DNA of 64,000 nt from Podarcis filfolensis (Eukaryota), in NCBI GenBank assembly GCA_964270895.1, contig OZ185435.1; one strand, written 5' to 3'. The notes beneath the pieces were generated by a model that saw only the letters and a program-made list of their open reading frames with translations, was not told where the DNA came from and did not search any database. Of the stretch, positions 63,201 to 64,000 are shown in pieces. How positions within the stretch are numbered: the first letter of the stretch is position 1; each line of letters begins with the position of its first letter. A program made the position numbers and the translations under genes.

Positions 63201-64000
63201 GGCGCAAATCCACGGGTTTGGGGGGTGCAAATCCACAGGTTAGGGCGCGCAAATTACTTGCCTTGCCCCGGGTGCTGACAACCCACGCTACGCCACTGGT
63301 GGCTACCACATTATAGTTCCTAGCAGGCTCCCTTGGCAGCCATTTTGTGAGAAGCAGCCCTTTCTGTCAAGCGAATAGACTTACCAAATGGATATTTAGC
63401 AACAATAGGAACGGACTGGGCTGGTTCTCCAACTCCGTACATGTTTTCTGCGCTGACTCTGAAGATGTACTCCTTAAGTGGTGTTAGGTTTGTTACTTTG
63501 AATTTTGTTTCTTTGATAGTGGATGATAGTTTGTGCCACACTTCACTGTCTGCAGCTCTTTGTTCCAGAACGTAGTTTGTGATTCTGGAGCCGCCATCGT
63601 CTCTAGGAGGATTCCAAGTCAAAGCACAAGATACGTTTGTAATGTCAGAGATATCAAATGCAGCTGGTGGGCCAGGCTTATCTGTGGAAGCATAACAGTA
63701 GTTTGAACCTCTTCTATTCAAATATTTTGTTAGGAAAACATTGAAAGTTATTTCTATGGAAACAAAACATACCTAGGACATTAACTTCAACTGTAGCTGT
63801 TGCCCGACCGCTGGCATTTACGGCTTCAATAATATAGGTGCCGCTATCACTTCTCTTGCTCTCTGTTATTATGACTGTGGAATGGTTAGGTTTGGATTCA
63901 ATGGTTATTCTTTTATCGGGTCTCAGGGTCTGTTCAGCTTTTGTCCAGCTAATCCGTGGCTCGGGCTTTCCATTTACCCTTGCCGGCAGCTCTATCTTAG
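66..64000 (-). CDS. TTN: Titin, internal A-band portion (I/A junction, D-zone, C-zone repeats C1-C8); multi-exon, partial at both ends
   Basis: 74 exons with AG/GT flanks and compatible phases. Strict Ig/Fn3 pattern with titin motifs (PGPP, W.PP..DGGS.I..Y.VE, Y.FRV.A.N..G). Sequence resembles recalled human titin domains A71 and A77-A78. Confidence 0.99.
519..821 (-). CDS. TTN: TTN exon ~333, Fn3 A129
   Basis: 303 bp, [18 protein letters not shown]...AEDPI; weak acceptor AAATGCAG. Confidence 0.9.
926..1225 (-). CDS. TTN: TTN exon ~332, Fn3 A128
   Basis: 300 bp, [19 protein letters not shown]...AKNAF. Confidence 0.93.
1327..1614 (-). CDS. TTN: TTN exon ~331, Ig A127
   Basis: 288 bp, [20 protein letters not shown]...RVQIL; only partly in the ORF track. 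Confidence 0.92.
1867..2163 (-). CDS. TTN: TTN exon ~330, Fn3 A126
   Basis: 297 bp, [13 protein letters not shown]...CVDTY. Confidence 0.93.
2292..2594 (-). CDS. TTN: TTN exon ~329, Fn3 A125
   Basis: 303 bp, [17 protein letters not shown]...AIDAC. Confidence 0.93.
2699..3286 (-). CDS. TTN: TTN exon ~328, Ig A123 + Fn3 A124
   Basis: 588 bp, [11 protein letters not shown]...DRPGPP...KLPY. Confidence 0.93.
3637..3933 (-). CDS. TTN: TTN exon ~327, Fn3 A122
   Basis: 297 bp, [17 protein letters not shown]...VKEQL. Confidence 0.93.
4068..4209 (-). mobile_element. L2-type LINE 3' UTR fragment
   Basis: Reverse complement of ...GCCGCACAGAGTGGCTGCGGAAACCCAGCCAGATGAGCGGGGTATAAATTATT plus (TAG/TAT)n tail; same 3' end as the copies at 25.3, 33.4, 60.1 and 62.5 kb. 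Confidence 0.8.
4430..21532 (-). CDS. TTN: TTN giant exon (~human exon 326), 58 domains A64-A121
   Basis: 17,103 bp uninterrupted frame (5,701 codons); acceptor TTTATAG|AT, donor AG|GTTTGT; five complete 11-domain super-repeats. Confidence 0.97.
21637..21939 (-). CDS. TTN: TTN exon ~325, Fn3 A63
   Basis: 303 bp, [15 protein letters not shown]...TKDAA. Confidence 0.93.
22033..22620 (-). CDS. TTN: TTN exon ~324, Ig A61 + Fn3 A62
   Basis: 588 bp, [15 protein letters not shown]...VDRF. Confidence 0.93.
22657..23008 (-). mobile_element. Full-length Sauria SINE (tRNA-derived) with 15-bp TSD
   Basis: Minus-strand head GCGGGTGGCACTGTGGGTTAAACC, B-box GGTTCGAATCC, tail GGGGTCCCTTTACCTTT; TSD TTAGGAAAGAAGATA at 22642-22656 and 23009-23023. 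Confidence 0.92.
23070..23366 (-). CDS. TTN: TTN exon ~323, Fn3 A60
   Basis: 297 bp, [15 protein letters not shown]...CKDEY. Confidence 0.93.
23456..23653 (-). CDS. TTN: TTN exon ~322, C-terminal part of Fn3 A59
   Basis: 198 bp, [11 protein letters not shown]...ALDPI. Confidence 0.92.
24201..24305 (-). CDS. TTN: TTN exon ~321, N-terminal part of Fn3 A59
   Basis: 105 bp, [23 protein letters not shown]...SPIT; not in the ORF track; 105+198=303. Confidence 0.9.
24394..24984 (-). CDS. TTN: TTN exon ~320, Ig A57 + Fn3 A58
   Basis: 591 bp, [12 protein letters not shown]...ARHPF. Confidence 0.93.
25013..25406 (+). mobile_element. 5'-truncated L2 LINE with internal 56-bp deletion
   Basis: Translates as L2-type ORF2 C-terminus ([25 protein letters not shown]), then 3' UTR and (TAT)n tail. 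Confidence 0.85.
25602..25889 (-). CDS. TTN: TTN exon ~319, Fn3 A56
   Basis: 288 bp, [16 protein letters not shown]...ARDDI. Confidence 0.93.
25998..26288 (-). CDS. TTN: TTN exon ~318, Fn3 A55
   Basis: 291 bp, [17 protein letters not shown]...VKAS. Confidence 0.93.
26391..26678 (-). CDS. TTN: TTN exon ~317, Ig A54
   Basis: 288 bp, [13 protein letters not shown]...VKVL. Confidence 0.93.
27457..27762 (-). CDS. TTN: TTN exon ~316, Fn3 A53
   Basis: 306 bp, [15 protein letters not shown]...AKDIL. Confidence 0.93.
27866..28168 (-). CDS. TTN: TTN exon ~315, Fn3 A52
   Basis: 303 bp, [15 protein letters not shown]...ARDPQ. Confidence 0.93.
28259..28555 (-). CDS. TTN: TTN exon ~314, Fn3 A51
   Basis: 297 bp, [18 protein letters not shown]...AKNPY. 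Confidence 0.93.
28649..28936 (-). CDS. TTN: TTN exon ~313, Ig A50
   Basis: 288 bp, [12 protein letters not shown]...LKVL. Confidence 0.93.
29055..29354 (-). CDS. TTN: TTN exon ~312, Fn3 A49
   Basis: 300 bp, [13 protein letters not shown]...VQSEN. Confidence 0.93.
29678..29980 (-). CDS. TTN: TTN exon ~311, Fn3 A48
   Basis: 303 bp, [17 protein letters not shown]...ARTPV. Confidence 0.93.
30080..30379 (-). CDS. TTN: TTN exon ~310, Fn3 A47
   Basis: 300 bp, [18 protein letters not shown]...ARFPF. Confidence 0.93.
30483..30758 (-). CDS. TTN: TTN exon ~309, Ig A46
   Basis: 276 bp, [13 protein letters not shown]...KVVVM. Confidence 0.93.
30944..31073. mobile_element. Palindromic MITE-like element
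   Basis: Imperfect inverted arms CTGGGG..CTCCAAATGTCGTTGGACCACAAC / GTTGCAGTCCAACAGTGTCTGGAG..CCCCAG; no clear TSD. Confidence 0.65.
31733..32035 (-). CDS. TTN: TTN exon ~308, Fn3 A45
   Basis: 303 bp, [16 protein letters not shown]...VKEQL. Confidence 0.93.
32069..32546 (+). mobile_element. 5'-truncated non-LTR retrotransposon (ORF2 C-terminal CCHC zinc knuckle + 3' UTR), clade uncertain (RTE-X/L1/I-like)
   Basis: Peptide [23 protein letters not shown] (Cx1Cx9Hx4C); tail ATTAAAGATATTTGATTTTG; 9-bp TSD ATGCTTAGT at 32060-32068 and 32547-32555. Confidence 0.85.
32693..32956. mobile_element. Tc1/mariner-superfamily (Tc2-like) MITE
   Basis: TIRs CTGTATTGGCCCGAATATAAGCC / GGCTTATATTCAGGCCAATACGG, TA on both sides, internal repeats of TATAAGCCGCAC. 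Confidence 0.85.
33358..33519 (+). mobile_element. L2 LINE 3' fragment (diverged)
   Basis: CATCTGAAGGCAG...GGAAGCTGCCCAGAGTGGCCGGGCAACCCAGCCAGATGGGAAGGGTATAAATAA plus AT-rich tail. Confidence 0.75.
33615..33914 (-). CDS. TTN: TTN exon ~307, Fn3 A44
   Basis: 300 bp, [16 protein letters not shown]...ASDPL. Confidence 0.93.
34071..34355 (-). CDS. TTN: TTN exon ~306, Ig A43 (first C-zone domain)
   Basis: 285 bp, [20 protein letters not shown]...VRVL; first occurrence of the LRK..VRAG repeat-start motif. Confidence 0.93.
34438..34758 (-). CDS. TTN: TTN exon ~305, Fn3 A42
   Basis: 321 bp, [16 protein letters not shown]...PKEIL. Confidence 0.93.
34863..37823 (-). CDS. TTN: TTN exon ~304, ten domains A32-A41
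   Basis: 2,961 bp open frame, [14 protein letters not shown]...AKDPI; Ig-Fn3x3-Ig-Fn3x2-Ig-Fn3x2. Confidence 0.96.
37940..38233 (-). CDS. TTN: TTN exon ~303, Fn3 A31
   Basis: 294 bp, [17 protein letters not shown]...CQEKI. Confidence 0.93.
38388..38687 (-). CDS. TTN: TTN exon ~302, Fn3 A30
   Basis: 300 bp, [17 protein letters not shown]...AIDPL. Confidence 0.93.
38750..38990. mobile_element. Tigger/pogo-like MITE
   Basis: Perfect 18-bp TIR CAGTGGTACCTCGGTTTA / TAAACCGAGGTACCACTG, TA on both sides. Confidence 0.9.
39226..39285 (+). mobile_element. Short L2 3' tail remnant
   Basis: GTGGCTGGGGCAACCCAGTCAGATGGGCAGGGTACAAATAATAAAATTATT matches the tail of the other copies. Confidence 0.65.
39571..39852 (-). 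CDS. TTN: TTN exon ~301, Ig A29
   Basis: 282 bp, [16 protein letters not shown]...KVLVL. Confidence 0.93.
39937..40245 (-). CDS. TTN: TTN exon ~300, Fn3 A28
   Basis: 309 bp, [16 protein letters not shown]...VKDRL. Confidence 0.93.
40366..40668 (-). CDS. TTN: TTN exon ~299, Fn3 A27
   Basis: 303 bp, [16 protein letters not shown]...AKDPI. Confidence 0.93.
40791..41090 (-). CDS. TTN: TTN exon ~298, Fn3 A26
   Basis: 300 bp, [17 protein letters not shown]...AKDRF. Confidence 0.93.
41250..41531 (-). CDS. TTN: TTN exon ~297, Ig A25
   Basis: 282 bp, [17 protein letters not shown]...QVTVV. Confidence 0.93.
41637..41939 (-). CDS. TTN: TTN exon ~296, Fn3 A24
   Basis: 303 bp, [15 protein letters not shown]...CKDEI. 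Confidence 0.93.
42032..42334 (-). CDS. TTN: TTN exon ~295, Fn3 A23
   Basis: 303 bp, [18 protein letters not shown]...IRDPI. Confidence 0.93.
42690..42927 (-). mobile_element. Old, degenerate L2-like fragment
   Basis: Segments such as GGACCCAAGTTGTTCAGGGCTTTGTA and GTAGCCAGTGCA resemble the reverse complement of the L2 ORF2 3' region; boundaries approximate. Confidence 0.45.
42949..43230 (-). CDS. TTN: TTN exon ~294, Ig A22
   Basis: 282 bp, [14 protein letters not shown]...VDVL. Confidence 0.93.
43322..43472 (-). CDS. TTN: TTN exon ~293, C-terminal half of Fn3 A21
   Basis: 151 bp, phase 0 start [11 protein letters not shown]...IKDRI. Confidence 0.92.
43589..43622 (-). promoter_or_regulatory. 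Candidate CTCF site (core + upstream motif)
   Basis: Minus strand TGCAATATA-CAAGC-GTGACACTAGATGGTGCCA; motif match only. Confidence 0.55.
43923..44071 (-). CDS. TTN: TTN exon ~292, N-terminal half of Fn3 A21
   Basis: 149 bp, [14 protein letters not shown]...EEWEK; 149+151=300. Confidence 0.92.
44213..44527 (-). CDS. TTN: TTN exon ~291, Fn3 A20
   Basis: 315 bp, [16 protein letters not shown]...ARDPI. Confidence 0.93.
45230..45529 (-). CDS. TTN: TTN exon ~290, Fn3 A19
   Basis: 300 bp, [15 protein letters not shown]...ARNLF. Confidence 0.93.
45582..45712 (-). mobile_element. RTE-clade LINE 3' end fragment
   Basis: Minus strand reads KTCLS...(frameshift)..SHSRR-like C2H2 tail, 3' UTR and (CAA)n-type tail. 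Confidence 0.6.
45771..46067 (-). CDS. TTN: TTN exon ~289, Ig A18
   Basis: 297 bp, [12 protein letters not shown]...RLNVL. Confidence 0.93.
46649..46966 (-). CDS. TTN: TTN exon ~288, Fn3 A17
   Basis: 318 bp, [16 protein letters not shown]...VKDQT. Confidence 0.93.
47378..47677 (-). CDS. TTN: TTN exon ~287, Fn3 A16
   Basis: 300 bp, [15 protein letters not shown]...ARDPI. Confidence 0.93.
47792..47921 (-). CDS. TTN: TTN exon ~286, C-terminal part of Ig A15
   Basis: 130 bp, [23 protein letters not shown]...VNVL; not in the ORF track. Confidence 0.9.
48030..48059 (-). CDS. TTN: TTN micro-exon ~285 (30 bp), loop of Ig A15
   Basis: TTTCTTCTTTATTTAAAG|GATGGACATAACATACCTGAAGATGCAACG|GTAAAA encodes [10 protein letters not shown]; resembles recalled human DGVHDIPEDAQ at the same place. 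Confidence 0.88.
48145..48293 (-). CDS. TTN: TTN exon ~284, N-terminal part of Ig A15
   Basis: 149 bp, [13 protein letters not shown]...KKAVK; donor AAG|GTCAGT. Confidence 0.9.
48640..48785 (-). mobile_element. Old L2-like fragment
   Basis: GAATTCTATGAATTGGTGCCACCACTGAGAAGGATCT resembles the reverse complement of the L2 '[11 protein letters not shown]' region; boundaries approximate. Confidence 0.45.
49008..49316 (-). CDS. TTN: TTN exon ~283, Fn3 A14
   Basis: 309 bp, [15 protein letters not shown]...CKEVQ. Confidence 0.93.
49635..50064 (-). CDS. TTN: TTN exon ~282, end of Fn3 A12 + Fn3 A13
   Basis: 430 bp, phase 0 start [10 protein letters not shown]...AADPI. Confidence 0.93.
50178..50575 (+). 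mobile_element. Degenerate CR1 LINE 3' end
   Basis: AGGGCAACAAAG..GGTATGGAAAAC, AACATTAGGAGAAAC, CTGGAGGTCTTAAGCAGA, GCCATCTGT, TTCCTGCA, GACTAG, CCATCCAACT occur in CR1 3' order. Confidence 0.7.
50945..51135 (-). CDS. TTN: TTN exon ~281, N-terminal part of Fn3 A12
   Basis: 191 bp, [18 protein letters not shown]...DRRFG; not in the ORF track. Confidence 0.9.
51221..51529 (-). CDS. TTN: TTN exon ~280, Ig A11
   Basis: 309 bp, [17 protein letters not shown]...VEVF. Confidence 0.93.
51647..51946 (-). CDS. TTN: TTN exon ~279, Fn3 A10
   Basis: 300 bp, [15 protein letters not shown]...VQDDE. Confidence 0.93.
52504..52529. repeat. (GC)6(AC)6 alternating purine-pyrimidine microsatellite
   Basis: TGCGCGCGCGCGCACACACACACACA. 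Confidence 0.9.
52653..52946 (-). CDS. TTN: TTN exon ~278, Fn3 A9
   Basis: 294 bp, [15 protein letters not shown]...AVDPK. Confidence 0.93.
53030..53314 (-). CDS. TTN: TTN exon ~277, Ig A8
   Basis: 285 bp, [20 protein letters not shown]...AEIF. Confidence 0.93.
53407..53703 (-). CDS. TTN: TTN exon ~276, Fn3 A7
   Basis: 297 bp, [14 protein letters not shown]...VAEPQ. Confidence 0.93.
53795..54094 (-). CDS. TTN: TTN exon ~275, Fn3 A6
   Basis: 300 bp, [17 protein letters not shown]...AQDPI. Confidence 0.93.
54217..54308. mobile_element. Short degenerate palindromic squamate repeat (MITE-like)
   Basis: GCAGCCTGATCTTA...GTACTTACTCCCAGGTAAATGTGTCTAGGATTGCAGCC; recognised from memory, family not assigned. 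Confidence 0.45.
55081..55383 (-). CDS. TTN: TTN exon ~274, Fn3 A5
   Basis: 303 bp, [14 protein letters not shown]...AQDPF. Confidence 0.93.
55481..55855 (-). CDS. TTN: TTN exon ~273, Ig A4 with long loop insertion
   Basis: 375 bp, [14 protein letters not shown]...EVNVL. Confidence 0.93.
55957..56259 (-). CDS. TTN: TTN exon ~272, Fn3 A3
   Basis: 303 bp, [15 protein letters not shown]...AVDPV. Confidence 0.93.
56355..56654 (-). CDS. TTN: TTN exon ~271, Fn3 A2
   Basis: 300 bp, [15 protein letters not shown]...AEDPK. Confidence 0.93.
56872..57412 (-). mobile_element. Solo LTR (541 bp), probably Gypsy-like
   Basis: TG...CA ends with 7-bp inverted repeat TGTCAGG/CCTGACA; 5-bp flanks CTACG/CTAAG (1 mismatch); orientation inferred from minus-strand purine-rich U3-like part and TATA-like motif. 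Confidence 0.8.
57493..57771 (-). CDS. TTN: TTN exon ~270, Ig A1 (first D-zone domain)
   Basis: 279 bp, [17 protein letters not shown]...VKVI. Confidence 0.93.
57889..58194 (-). CDS. TTN: TTN exon ~269, Fn3 (I/A junction, 6th of six, ~I118)
   Basis: 306 bp, [15 protein letters not shown]...AKDPD. Confidence 0.93.
58287..58483 (-). CDS. TTN: TTN exon ~268, C-terminal part of Fn3 ~I117
   Basis: 197 bp, phase 2 start, [10 protein letters not shown]...IEDPT. Confidence 0.92.
58533..58875 (-). mobile_element. LINE 3' UTR of a second L2-like family
   Basis: Minus-strand 3' end AGCCACCCTGAGCCC...GGGCAGGGTATAAATAAAAAATTATTATTGTTGTTG; different body from the other L2 copies. Confidence 0.55.
59041..59086. 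repeat. Compound (TCTG/TCTA/TCTT)n microsatellite
   Basis: Direct inspection. Confidence 0.8.
59167..59272 (-). CDS. TTN: TTN exon ~267, N-terminal part of Fn3 ~I117
   Basis: 106 bp, [17 protein letters not shown]...GRPILR; 106+197=303; not in the ORF track. Confidence 0.9.
59372..59671 (-). CDS. TTN: TTN exon ~266, Fn3 ~I116
   Basis: 300 bp, [16 protein letters not shown]...AKDTF. Confidence 0.92.
59845..60234 (+). mobile_element. 5'-truncated L2 LINE with (ATT)n tail
   Basis: CAGTATACCTGAAGGAGCATCTCC...CTGTGGAACGCCCTCCC...CCAGATGGGCGGGGTATAA(TTA)n; homologous to the 25.0 and 62.5 kb copies. Confidence 0.88.
60367..60626 (-). mobile_element. Full-length Squam3-type tRNA SINE
   Basis: Minus-strand head GAGAGCCAGTGTGGTATAGTGGTTAAGAGCGG (A-box), GGGTTCGCGTCTCC (B-box-like), 3' end GATATCAAATCCAAACTC(TTC)n. 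Confidence 0.85.
60665..60964 (-). CDS. TTN: TTN exon ~265, Fn3 ~I115
   Basis: 300 bp, [13 protein letters not shown]...CKERL. Confidence 0.93.
61055..61170 (-). CDS. TTN: TTN exon ~264, C-terminal part of Fn3 ~I114
   Basis: 116 bp, phase 2 start, [14 protein letters not shown]...VKDPI. Confidence 0.91.
61534..61785. mobile_element. Tigger/pogo-like MITE (related to the 38.75-kb element)
   Basis: TIRs CAGTTGTAATCTTGGA / TCCAAGGTACGACTG, TA flanks; shares CCGGAAGT and AGACTTCCGGAATGGATT with 38750-38990. Confidence 0.85.
62215..62401 (-). CDS. TTN: TTN exon ~263, N-terminal part of Fn3 ~I114
   Basis: 187 bp, [15 protein letters not shown]...DTTFK; 187+116=303. Confidence 0.92.
62503..62912 (-). 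mobile_element. 5'-truncated L2 LINE, ORF2 C-terminus still open
   Basis: [20 protein letters not shown]...[15 protein letters not shown]...[14 protein letters not shown], then 3' UTR and (TTA)n tail. Confidence 0.9.
63131..63298. mobile_element. hAT-family MITE with perfect 8-bp TSD
   Basis: TIR CAGTGGC(A/G)TAGCGTGGG / CCCACGCTACGCCACTG; TSD GTGGCTAC at 63123-63130 and 63299-63306. Confidence 0.92.
63385..63681 (-). CDS. TTN: TTN exon ~262, Fn3 ~I113
   Basis: 297 bp, [15 protein letters not shown]...AKYPF. Confidence 0.93.
63773..64000 (-). CDS. TTN: TTN exon ~261 (partial, runs off the window), Ig ~I112
   Basis: [18 protein letters not shown]...EVNVL then donor G|GTATGT; not in the ORF track. 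Confidence 0.92.

Noticed and set aside
1-64000. CRISPR array, prokaryotic operon or defence system, rRNA or true tRNA genes
   Set aside because: The sequence is a spliced vertebrate gene. The periodicity is coding super-repeats, and the tRNA-like boxes belong to SINE heads.

Overview
The whole window is an internal part of the titin gene (TTN) on the minus strand of a squamate reptile. The Sauria-type and Squam3-type SINEs point to a lacertid lizard. I traced 74 consecutive GT-AG exons with compatible phases (about 40.7 kb coding, about 13,560 aa). Counting from the giant exon, they correspond to human TTN exons 261 (partial) to 334; that numbering and the domain labels are recalled from the human gene and inferred by counting, not looked up. 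In gene order (64000 down to 1) they encode the I/A junction (Ig plus six tandem Fn3), all six 7-domain D-zone super-repeats (A1-A42) and C-zone 11-domain super-repeats C1-C8 (A43-A130). This includes a 17,103-bp giant exon, a 2,961-bp exon and a 30-bp micro-exon that the ORF track misses. Introns carry L2, CR1, RTE and zinc-finger LINE fragments, two tRNA-SINEs, Tc1/mariner-type and hAT MITEs, and a solo LTR. Almost all plus-strand ORFs are antisense shadows of titin exons. I see no evidence of a new multi-gene system. The most interesting signals are smaller: retro-insertions whose target-site duplications copy the splice branch point, pairs of Fn3 introns offset by 1 nt, a frame-preserving micro-exon, an extended CTCF motif, a sense-oriented solo LTR with a splice donor, and a hAT MITE carrying TTAGGG repeats.
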